From contig CAWIAD010000002.1 in NCBI GenBank assembly GCA_963833985.1, positions 1,760,001 to 1,824,000 of the forward strand: a stretch of DNA of 64,000 nucleotides, read 5' to 3'. Below, one piece after another: positions 40,690-49,136 of this stretch. Position 1 is the first letter of the stretch. Each line of letters starts with the position of its first letter. The position numbers and the translations under genes are program-made. The stretch comes from an uncultured Planctomycetaceae bacterium. GTDB lineage: Bacteria; Planctomycetota; Planctomycetia; Isosphaerales; Isosphaeraceae. The notes beneath the pieces are model-generated. The model was not told the origin of the DNA, did not search any database, and saw only the letters and a program-made list of their open reading frames with translations.

Positions 40690-41553
40690 TCAGGATCCTG
40701 GTGCCGCCTGGCGAGCCCAGCGCAGCGCGATCTCCGTTGCCAGCTGGGCCGCTCGCCCGAGTGCTTCCTGATTGAAGGCGTCTTCATCCGCGCCACTGAG
40801 GCTGCCAGCCAGGACGACCTGGTCCAGCCCCTTCGTGGACGCAGGCCAGAGCCGGCCCAGCCGCATCCGCAGCCGCCAGCTCAACGGCTGGGCCGGCAGC
40901 CACAGGCTCTCGGCCGCCTCCGTCGCGCGCCCGAGCATGGACCTGGGCTGACCCTGAATTGCCAGCGTCGGTCCCACGCCGGGGGCGAGAATCATGATCA
41001 GCAGCGTTGGCCTGGTGCGCCATGCGTCCTCGGACAGGCGTACGAGCTCGCGGACCCCGGCCATGCCGCATGTCATGCCCCCCGCTGCCGCGAGCACCGG
41101 CTCGAATCGTTCCAGCCGGTACCTGGGCCAGGTCCGGGCCATTTCCAGCAGCAGGGCCGCCCCGGCGCTCGCGGCCAGCCGCGACGATTGCCACGCCAGG
41201 TCGCCGAGATTGGTCAGCAACACGACGCGGCCGGGCGCTTGCGGCGATTCCGCTCGGCCAGCGATCACCAGCGGGAACCGGCGAACCCGGTGGCGGTGTG
41301 CTCGGTCCAGCCCGAGGAGCGCGGCACGCCCGGGCGCTTCGATCCGCTCGGTGCTCCAGCCGGCGGCTGCGAATTGATCCATGAGGAACGATGCCATGCG
41401 CGCTTCGGCCCCCAGCCCGGCATCGTGGCACGCGGCCAGTTGTTCCACCGTCTCCATGGCTCGTCCACTTTGAAAGGGCATGGCGCTTCTGATCGCCGGC
41501 TCCAGAGGTTTGCGACTCAGCTTCGCACGGCATTCGCTGAATCGACCGATCAT
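40690..41553 (-). CDS. Hypothetical protein, degenerate M28 peptidase-like fold (start uncertain)
   Basis: 'ASAGAALLLEMAR' and 'GGMTCGMAG' align by eye with M28 motifs but lack the metal ligands. Confidence 0.45.
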   Translation of the reverse strand: MIGRFSECRAKLSRKPLEPAIRSAMPFQSGRAMETVEQLAACHDAGLGAEARMASFLMDQFAAAGWSTERIEAPGRAALLGLDRAHRHRVRRFPLVIAGRAESPQAPGRVVLLTNLGDLAWQSSRLAASAGAALLLEMARTWPRYRLERFEPVLAAAGGMTCGMAGVRELVRLSEDAWRTRPTLLIMILAPGVGPTLAIQGQPRSMLGRATEAAESLWLPAQPLSWRLRMRLGRLWPASTKGLDQVVLAGSLSGADEDAFNQEALGRAAQLATEIALRWARQAAPGS

Positions 41554-41726
41554 AACCAGAATCGCGGGTGGCTGGCTCTGAACCTGGTTCTGTCCGAACC
41601 TGTCCGGACTGCTGGGGTTCTTGACGTTCCTGCGACGGCCGTAGTATCGTGATCGGCCTGGGAAGCTCCATCGAAAGTGATGTCCGGAACCGACTTTGCG
41701 GCTGTGAGCCAGGCGACAGAACGACC

Positions 41727-43484
41727 ATGCTGCTGAAACGCACTCATACCTGCGGAGAGTTGACGAAAGACCAGATTGGCCATGCCGTTGTGCTCAATGG
41801 GTGGGTCGACGCCTGGCGCGACTTCGGCGGGCTGGTGTTCATCGATCTGCGCGACCGCTACGGCGTGACCCAGGTGGTCTTCGAGCCGGACGCGGGTGCG
41901 GAGCTTCAGGCCCGGGCGCGCGACCTGCGGAACGAGTATGTCATCGGGATCAAAGGGGCGGTTGCGCCCCGGCTGGCCGGCAAGGAGAACCCCAAGCTCA
42001 AGACCGGCGATGTCGAGGTCCGTGCCACCGAGCTGGTGCTTTACAACGCCACGCCCACACCCCCGTTCGAGATGCACGGGCCCGAGCCCAACGAGGAGCT
42101 TCGCCTCAAGTACCGCTTCCTCGACCTTCGCCGGCCGGACCTCCAGCGCGTCTTCATCGTGCGCCACCGGCTCTGCCAGCTCATGCGCAACGCCATGAGC
42201 GAACAAAACTTCCTGGAAGTCGAAACGCCCGTGCTGGGCCGCAGCACACCCGAGGGTGCGCGCGATTTCCTCGTTCCCAGCCGGGTGCATGCGGGACATT
42301 TCTATGCCTTGCCGCAGTCGCCGCAGCTCTACAAGCAGTTGCTCATGGTCTCGGGCTTCGACCGTTATTACCAGATCGCCCGGTGCTTCCGCGACGAGGA
42401 CCTGCGCGCAACCGCCAGCCCGAGTTCACGCAGCTTGACGTGGAAATGTCGTTCGTGGACGACCAGGACGTCATGAGCACGATGGAGCACCTGGTTGCCT
42501 CCATGGCCCGGGAGTTTCAGGGCCAGGAGGTAGCGTTGCCTCTCCCCCGCCTGGAGTACCACGACGCCATGGAGCGGTTCGGCAGCGACCGGCCCGACCT
42601 GCGTTATGGCCTGGAGCTCAAGGACGTCGCCGACATCGCCGGGCAGACCGAGTTCAAGGTGCTCCAGCAGGCGCAGCAGTTCGGCCACCGCATCCGCGGA
42701 CTCTGCGCCAGGCGGAGCCGAACGGTACAGCCGCAAGGACCTCGACGGCTTGACCGAGTTCGCCGGTTCATTTGGCGCCAAGGGGTTGATCTGGCTGAAG
42801 GTCGAAGGCGCGGCGTGCACCGGCCCAACCGCCAAGTTCTTCCCCGCGGAGGCTCAGGCGAAGCTCCGCGAGCGGTTCCAGGCGAAGGCCGGCGACCTGA
42901 TCCTGATCGTCGCCGATACCCAGGCCGTCACCAGCCAGGCACTTTCCAACCTGCGAGCCCGGCTGGCGGCCGAGCTTTCCCTCTTCGACCCCGGCTCGTT
43001 CCATTATTCGTGGATCATACACTTCCCCCTGGTGGCCTGGGATGCCGAGGAAGCCCGCTACGTCGCCGAGCATCACCCGTTCACGATGCCCATGTTCGAG
43101 GACCTGCATCTGCTGGATTCTGACCCGGCCAAGGTGCGCGCCCAGGCTTACGACCTGGTCATCAACGGCGAGGAGGCCGGCGGCGGCACCATCCGCTGCC
43201 ACGATCCCGCAATTCAGTCAAAGATCTTCGCACTCCTGGGCCTGACGCCCGAAGATGCCGAGGAGAAGTTCGGATTCCTCTTGAGCGCCCTGCGCAACGG
43301 AGCACCGCCGCACGGCGGCATCGCCCTGGGTGTTGACCGGCTGGTGATGCTCTACTCGGGCCTCACGAACATCCGCGACTGCATCGCCTTCCCCAAGACC
43401 GCCAAGGGCACCGACCTGATGACCGGCGCTCCCGGAACCGTCGAGCCCCGCCAGCTCAAGGAGCTGCACCTGAAGCCGTCGTGA
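41727..43484 (+). CDS. aspS: Aspartate--tRNA ligase; frameshifts near 42410 and 42710
   Basis: RTHTCGEL, FIDLRDRYG, TPEGARDF, LPQSPQLYKQLLM, RCFRDEDLR, RQPEFTQLD, HHPFT, GAPPHGGIALG, IAFPKT. Confidence 0.96.
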
Positions 43485-43656
43485 GCACCTGGAGCGCCAG
43501 GTCAGGCTTCATTGTCCATGTGATGCGCATCGATTGGCTCGGGATGGCAAGGATTTCGATCCGCCTCGTTTCAGTCTGTCCAAGCAGATGGCATGTCCGT
43601 GTTGCGATTCCATCCAGTCCGCTGGACGACTCCTGTTCGTTCGGTCCGTGCCGACA

Positions 43657-44064
43657 TCAGAGAAAGGGGTCGAGCACCGGAACGCCCGCCTTTCGAAAAT
43701 CCCGGACATTTCGCGTGACGACCGTGAGGCCATGTGCCAGCGCGGTCGCGGCAATCATGCTGTCCAGCAAGGGAAGCGCCTGTCCCTTTGCTCGTAGCCG
43801 CGCGACCATTCGTGCCCAGCGGTGACTGGTGGCCGCATCCCACGCCAGGCAATCGATCCGGTCCACGACTTCCTGAAACCACCGCTCAAGCTGAGCGCGC
43901 TTGCGTCCACGCGGCAGCAGGTGAATGCCGAGAGCGATTTCGCCAAGGATCACGGAGTCCACGACGAAGTCTGCTTCGTGTGCACTCAGCCAGGCGACCA
44001 CCTTGGCGTCGGGGCCTTGTTTGGTTAGCTCGCACAGGATATTTGCGTCGACCAGATAAGTCAT
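43657..44064 (-). CDS. vapC: VapC (PIN domain) toxin
   Basis: YLVDANIL, EIALG, DSMIAATA, VVTRNVRDF, DP. Confidence 0.93.
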   Translation of the reverse strand: MTYLVDANILCELTKQGPDAKVVAWLSAHEADFVVDSVILGEIALGIHLLPRGRKRAQLERWFQEVVDRIDCLAWDAATSHRWARMVARLRAKGQALPLLDSMIAATALAHGLTVVTRNVRDFRKAGVPVLDPFL

Positions 44065-44312
44065 CCCAGCTTTGGCATCGCGATGTCGTTGCTCGTTTCT
44101 GACCGATCGGCCGGCTGGAACCAGCCTTTGAGCGGACAGTCGAGCAGGAGCTGCACCAAGCCTTCATTGCGCCGCCGCTTCATTCGCTTCAGCAAGTATT
44201 CACCTTGATCAAGGCGCTGGACCTCGAATTCTTGGCCGGACTTGATGTCATCCTGCTGCCGGATCGCGGCGGGCAAGACGATCTGTCCCTTGCTGGAGAT
44301 GGTGGTCTTCAT
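44061..44312 (-). CDS. vapB: AbrB/MazE/SpoVT-family antitoxin (VapB)
   Basis: MKTTISSKGQIVLPAAIRQQDDIKSG; ATGA overlap with vapC. Confidence 0.9.
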   Translation of the reverse strand: MKTTISSKGQIVLPAAIRQQDDIKSGQEFEVQRLDQGEYLLKRMKRRRNEGLVQLLLDCPLKGWFQPADRSETSNDIAMPKLG

Positions 44313-44317
44313 GCCGG

Positions 44318-44348
44318 GTAAGATATCGTCTTACGAGCCGTGCGTCAA
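44318..44348 (-). promoter_or_regulatory. vapBC promoter with palindromic operator
   Basis: TTGACG (44343-44348)-N17-TATCTT (44320-44325)-N7-ATG; GTAAGA-N5-TCTTAC inverted repeat at 44318-44334 over the -10. Confidence 0.8.
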
Positions 44349-44548
44349 ACGCGCTGCGGACCGTCCACCGCGCAACGAACGTCCATGCCGTTACTGGTAT
44401 TTTACGATATCGCGATCGGTTTGATCGAAACGCCCCCGATCGTCAGGAGGAAACGGCACCCAGCCTTTCTCGTGGAGTGCGTCAAGCGGAGCAACGACAC
44501 ATCGCACCTCGAGCCTGACCTCTCCGAGCGGGGCTTACGACCTGAGAG

Positions 44549-45787
44549 CTACGCCAGGTCTCCGCGCCGGGCGCCTCGTTCCCCATTCACGGGCCGGCTG
44601 GTTGTCGGGTTCGTCTTGTTCTGCAACAGGGCGCCGGGGTTGATCCCGGCTGTGGGCGGGCCGCCGATCCAGAAGTCGAGCACCGGAGAGGAATGGTCCC
44701 CGAGCGCCAGAGCCGAGACGGCGGGCTCGCGGTGCACCGGCGACGGAGCTGAAGCCGTGGACGGAGCCGCAGGGATGGGCCCCGAGCGTGGCACGGCGGG
44801 CGGGTCGGGCTCGGATCGCGGGACGGGCTCAGCCGGGTCGCCGCGTTCGGAACAGCGGACCATGGGGAGATCGCGCTCCTTCCGCAGCCGCTCCAGCTTG
44901 GTCCAGGCCGAGCGGAAGAGCCGATCGGCCGCCATTTCATAGCGGTGCAGCCGCGTCCCTTCGGGACCCAGGTCGATCTCCACTCCCGAGCGCCAGTCCT
45001 GCAACTGCGGCTGCTCGACCCCCTCCCACACCTCTTCATGCCGGCCTTCGAGCGCGGCCACTTCTTCCTCGATCATCTGCCGCAACCCGACCACACCGTC
45101 GTCCGAGCCCGTCCGGGCCTGCACGCGCAGCGCTTTCAGCCGGGCGGTCTGATGATCCAGGTGCCGCAGCTCCGCCGGCACCCCCAGCAGGTCCAGCGCC
45201 AGGGCCAGGTCGGCCTCGGTCCAGGTGCAGCCCGGCCCGCCCTCGTCGTCGCCGCTGAGCAGGCCGTTGCCCAGCAGCGTCCAGCGGCCGATGAGCCAGT
45301 CGCAGCCGGCCGAGCTGCGCATCAGGCGGAGCACGGTTCCCTCGGGATCGTCGCTCAGCTTGCGGCCGAGCTCGGCAGCCGCAAGCTGCTCATCCTGCTC
45401 CCAGTTGGCGAACCGGGCGGCATTCCTGCGGGCATCATGCCGGATGATCCGCACGGCCAGCACCTCGCTCCTCCAGGCCCCCAGCGCCATCTGGCGCACC
45501 AGCTCGCGTTCGACCGTATTGCGGGGCTTGAACACGCGGGCATATTCGGCCGCGCGGCGTTCGACCTCCGCGGCCCCGTCCGGCGGCAGGACGATCCCCG
45601 CGCCGGTGAGCCCCTCCTTGCAGCCGTTGCGCCGGCTGCGTTCCTTCCCCTGGTCCGAGGTCGGCCCGCGTGACAGCCGCCCATTGGCCCGGCTGGCCTC
45701 GGCCCGTGCGGTGCTGGGACCAGGACAAATCGTCGTGGCGGTGGACGTGGAAGTGGAATCGAGCGGTTCGGCGAGCGCGGCGAGCAT
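44549..45787 (-). CDS. Hypothetical protein with an N-terminal 'RANGRLSRGPTSDQGKERSRRN' motif
   Basis: 412-aa ORF, AAGGAG SD, helical core and Pro-rich tail. Confidence 0.75.
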   Translation of the reverse strand: MLAALAEPLDSTSTSTATTICPGPSTARAEASRANGRLSRGPTSDQGKERSRRNGCKEGLTGAGIVLPPDGAAEVERRAAEYARVFKPRNTVERELVRQMALGAWRSEVLAVRIIRHDARRNAARFANWEQDEQLAAAELGRKLSDDPEGTVLRLMRSSAGCDWLIGRWTLLGNGLLSGDDEGGPGCTWTEADLALALDLLGVPAELRHLDHQTARLKALRVQARTGSDDGVVGLRQMIEEEVAALEGRHEEVWEGVEQPQLQDWRSGVEIDLGPEGTRLHRYEMAADRLFRSAWTKLERLRKERDLPMVRCSERGDPAEPVPRSEPDPPAVPRSGPIPAAPSTASAPSPVHREPAVSALALGDHSSPVLDFWIGGPPTAGINPGALLQNKTNPTTSRPVNGERGARRGDLA

Positions 45788-45879
45788 CGGCGGCTCCTTG
45801 TCGAGGTGGAAGGGTTGTGGTGCCCCGGGGCTCGCTCCCCGCCCCGATTGATACGCCGGCCTCGTCGCCGGATTAAGCT

Positions 45880-45907
45880 ATTTTAAGCGATCAATTAGGA
45901 AAGTCAA
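45880..45907 (-). promoter_or_regulatory. Near-consensus sigma70 promoter for 44549..45787
   Basis: TTGACT (45902-45907)-N16-TAAAAT (45880-45885) in an AT-rich patch. Confidence 0.7.
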
Positions 45908-45943
45908 ATGGCGCTCGCTGAGCATATGGTTTGATCCAAAGTT

Positions 45944-47162
45944 TGAAACCACGTCGCCGCGGCCGAAAAGCGCGGTTCGGACGGGGGAACCCTCCAACCT
46001 CGCCCGTCAGGGCGACCCGGTTCACGTGCAGGTCGGGCTCGCGCCCGAGGTTGGCGGCTGCGCCCGTCCGAACCACGGCCTGACGACCGTGGTCACGGTT
46101 TCCCGACTTCCGTGCTGTCTGGAACCGAGTGGTCCCAGCCGAGAAGCGCGGTCACCACGTCCCTCAGTCCGCTGAGCACGGCTTGACGACCGTGGTCACG
46201 GTGGCCGGACTACCGCGCTGCCTGGAACCGATTCGCCCCAGCAGAGAGGAGCCGTGAGCACGTCTGCCAGTCCGCTCACCACGTCCGTGCGATTGCGATG
46301 ACCACGTCCGTGAGGGCGTGGTTCGGACGGGGGAACCCCCCAACCTCGCCCGTGAGGGCGACCCGGTTCACGTGCAGGTCGGGCTCGCGCCCGAGGTTGG
46401 CGGCTGCGCCTGTCCGAACCACGGCCTGACGACCATGGTCACCCTGGCCGGACTCCCGCGTCATCTGGAACGGGGTCGCCCCAGGCGAGAGGAGCCGTGA
46501 CCCCGTCTGTCAGTCCGGTGACCACGTCCGTGAGGGCGTGGTTCGGACGGGCGCAGCCTCCAACCTCGCCCGTGAGGGCGATCCCGCCGGTGGCTCGAAC
46601 TCTCCACCAGGGCAGAACTCCGCGATGCATGTCCTCTTTCCATGCTCTTTCCATGTCCGTGTGCATGCCAGGGCAGAACTCCGCGATGCATGTCCTCTTT
46701 CCATGTTTCGAACTCCGCAATGCATGTCCTCTTTCCGTGTCTTTCCGTGTGTGTCCTCTTTCCATGCATGCCAGGGCAGAACTCCGCAATGCATGTCCTC
46801 TTTCCGTGTCTGTCCTCTTTCCGTGTCCTCTTTCCGTGTCCTGAAACCACGTCGCCGCGGCCGAAAAGCGCGATTCGGACGGGGGAACCCTCCAACCTCG
46901 CCCGTGAGGGCGACCCGGTTCAAGTGCAGGTCGGGCTGACGCCCGAGGTTGGAGGCTGCGCCCGTCCGAACCACGGCCTGACGACCGTGGTCACGGTGGC
47001 CGGACTCCCGCTGCCTCGAAATGAGCCGACCGAGCCGAAAGCGCGGTGACCACGTCCGTGAGGGCGTGGTTCGGACGGGGGAACCCTCCAACCTCGCCCG
47101 TGAGGGCGATCCGGCCGGTGGGTTGTCGCTTGGGCATCAACAGTCCGCCAGGGCAGAGCTCC
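45944..47162. repeat. Nested palindromic (REPIN/MITE-like) repeat array
   Basis: Two super-units (45944-46621, 46842-47162), both starting TGAAACCACGTCGCCGCGG and ending CCAGGGCAGARCTCC, contain about 145-bp palindromes with about 50-bp imperfect arms. Confidence 0.9.
46607..46841. repeat. Satellite-like cluster of CCAGGGCAGAACTCCGCRATGCATGTCCTCTTTCC and TGTCCTCTTTCC fragments
   Basis: Full 35-mers at 46607, 46668 and 46771; partial copy at 46710; 12-mers at 46752, 46811 and 46824. Confidence 0.9.
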
Positions 47163-47194
47163 TTGATGAATCGCGGCCGCGAAGACGCCACCGC

Positions 47195-47223
47195 TTGACG
47201 CCGCGTCGGGCGTACTCGATAGT
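47195..47223 (+). promoter_or_regulatory. Putative sigma70 promoter of the fluoride operon
   Basis: TTGACG-N17-GATAGT just upstream of the riboswitch. Confidence 0.55.
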
Positions 47224-47239
47224 AGATGAATCGGATTTC

Positions 47240-47290
47240 GGCGATGGGGTTCGCCCTGGAACCGCCGCTCATGCGGCTGATAACCCCTAC
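47240..47290 (+). ncRNA. Fluoride (crcB) riboswitch
   Basis: GGCGATGGGGTTCGCC...AACCGC...GCTGATAACCCCTAC matches the aptamer consensus; lies upstream of crcB. Confidence 0.92.
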
Positions 47291-47330
47291 CGGAAGGTTC
47301 AACCTTCGGGTGGGGCTCGTGATGAGGCCA

Positions 47331-47366
47331 AGGCCCTTGGGAACCTTCCCGAGGGCTTTCTTGTTG
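47331..47366 (+). terminator. Intrinsic terminator-like hairpin in the riboswitch leader
   Basis: AGGCCCTTGGGA-ACCT-TCCCGAGGGCTT followed by TCTTGTT. Confidence 0.6.
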
Positions 47367-47428
47367 GTCGGCCACACCGCGGCCGATGGTCACGCGTCCC
47401 GGCAGCTCCTCAGGAACACCGGCCTCCC

Positions 47429-47837
47429 ATGTCTCGACTCACTGAAAACCATGGCCGCCATGTCGTCCAGACCTTTCTCAGCATCCACAGGCGCCTGGCC
47501 GAACTGGAGGGGCTCCTCGCCCAGAGCGGCACGGAGTCGGTCTTCTCGCAACTGAACACCGATCTCCCGCCCGCGGAATCCCGGGTGCTCCAGGATCACT
47601 TCGCACGGATACGTGCCGCGAGGCGCGCCGCCGTCGATGACCTGGCCCTGCCGCTGGAAGCCCGCAAGACAAGCCTGCGCCTGGATCCTGGAAACGCATC
47701 TCATGCAGATCCAGGTTTCCGTGGATGACATGGGGCCCAGGCAGATGGCCGCCTACGGGCCGCTGCCGGCCGAGGGAGCCTTGATGACCGAAAAGTCCAG
47801 TCGTCCTGGGAGACCAACTCGTGGAGACGTGGGTTAA
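47429..47837 (+). CDS. Helical hypothetical protein (frameshift near 47680), possibly a remnant N-terminus of a dynamin-like protein
   Basis: MSRLTENHGRHVVQTFLSIHRRLAELE... continues WILETHLMQIQVSVDDMGPRQMAAYGPL in ORF 47613..47837; CAGGA SD. Confidence 0.5.
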
Positions 47838-48351
47838 GGTTCTGGCGTTATCGCTGGGTGGCGTGGCGGGTGTCAATGCGCGCTACTGGCTTGGAGTCTG
47901 GATCAACCGCTGGGCCAGTTCGCAGTTCCCCTGGGCGACGTTCGCCATCAACGTCTCCGGGGCGTTCGCGATCGGCTTTCTGACCGCGCTGCTGGCCCGG
48001 TGGTCGCCCCACTCCTATCTCCGATTGTTGCTTCTGGTCGGGTTCCTGGGTGGTTATACCACCTTCTCGACCTTCGCCTTCGAGACCGTGACCCTCTGGC
48101 AGCGCGGGGAGTTGGCATTCAGCCTGACCTATGCCCTCGGGAGTGTGGCGGGCGGCTGCGCTGCCGTGATTCTTGGTGCGGTGCTGGCACAGATGATCGT
48201 CCAGCCCACTTGGAGCCGGTCGCTGCGGATGGGACAATACGAGAGCCAGACCTCAGACCTGGGATCGCCGGAGATTCGGCGCGCGGACCCCCAGCGCAGT
48301 GGCGGTGATTTCGTGGCCTCGTCGGCCGAGCTCGGAGAGACAACCGAGTGA
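47821..48351 (+). CDS. crcB: Fluoride efflux channel CrcB/FluC
   Basis: GGVAG..ARY, FPWATFAINVSG, GFLGGYTTFSTF. Confidence 0.95.
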   Translation: METWVKVLALSLGGVAGVNARYWLGVWINRWASSQFPWATFAINVSGAFAIGFLTALLARWSPHSYLRLLLLVGFLGGYTTFSTFAFETVTLWQRGELAFSLTYALGSVAGGCAAVILGAVLAQMIVQPTWSRSLRMGQYESQTSDLGSPEIRRADPQRSGGDFVASSAELGETTE

Positions 48352-48370
48352 ACCGGAGGGCGTACAGGCC

Positions 48371-49129
48371 ATGAACATCCCCCAGGAAGCCGTGCAGCTT
48401 TGTCTTTATCTCAATGCCAGCGATCGGATCGAAGGCAAGCCCGTCTATCGCCGTGCCGTCGAGACGGCGCGGGCGCTCCATCTGGCGGGTGCCTCGGTCT
48501 TCCTGGTTGATTTCAGCTATGGCGTCCATAAGAGGATTCGCGATGCCAGGAGCGAGTATCTCTCGTTCGAGATCCCCGTCGTCGTCGAGGTCGTCGACGC
48601 GGCCGAGAAGATCGGTCTCTTGCAAACGGCCCTCGATACGATGATCGGCGAGGGACTCGTCGTCACCCGTCCTGTTCGCGTCCGGCACTACGCGGGACAC
48701 CTCCTTCCGGCGCCTGGCCATACGACAACCACCGAAAACCCTGCGACGGCGGCTCTGGCGAGCGGGAGCTCGGGCACCATGAAGATCGAAGGCGAAGCCC
48801 AGCGCGTGACCGTGTATATCGGCAACAGCGACACCTGGCACGGCCGCAACCTGGTGACGGCCATCGTCGAGAAATGCCGCGCGATGGGCATCGCCGGTGC
48901 CACGGCGGCCGTCGGAGTGATGGGTTTCGGCAAGACCTCCCGGATCCACCGGGCCGGGCTGCTGGGCCTCTCCGAGGACTTGCCGGAACGGATCGAGATC
49001 GTCGACCGTCGCGAGCAGATCGAGCGGCTCCTCCCCGCGCTCGAAGAGCTCGTCCAGGGCGGTCTGATCGTGGTCGAGGATGTCCATGTCGTCCGCTACC
49101 TGCATGATGCGAAGCCGTCCCGAGGGTGA
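48371..49129 (+). CDS. Tandem DUF190 (PII-like) protein
   Basis: Two repeats: LAGASVF...LSFEIPVVVEVVD and IAGATA..GVMGFG...LSEDLPERIEIVD; typical crcB neighbour. Confidence 0.88.
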   Translation: MNIPQEAVQLCLYLNASDRIEGKPVYRRAVETARALHLAGASVFLVDFSYGVHKRIRDARSEYLSFEIPVVVEVVDAAEKIGLLQTALDTMIGEGLVVTRPVRVRHYAGHLLPAPGHTTTTENPATAALASGSSGTMKIEGEAQRVTVYIGNSDTWHGRNLVTAIVEKCRAMGIAGATAAVGVMGFGKTSRIHRAGLLGLSEDLPERIEIVDRREQIERLLPALEELVQGGLIVVEDVHVVRYLHDAKPSRG

Positions 49130-49136
49130 GTTCTCC

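Noticed and set aside
41727..43484. aspS as a pseudogene or programmed frameshift
   Set aside because: It is an essential gene with intact motifs, and similar indels occur in more than ten genes across the window, which points to long-read sequencing error.
46607..46841. 35-bp direct repeats resembling a CRISPR array
   Set aside because: The intervening sequences are fragments of the repeat itself, spacing is irregular, and no cas genes are present.
45891..47393. ORFs within the repeat array
   Set aside because: They are translations of DNA repeats in multiple frames, with no RBS or domain signal.
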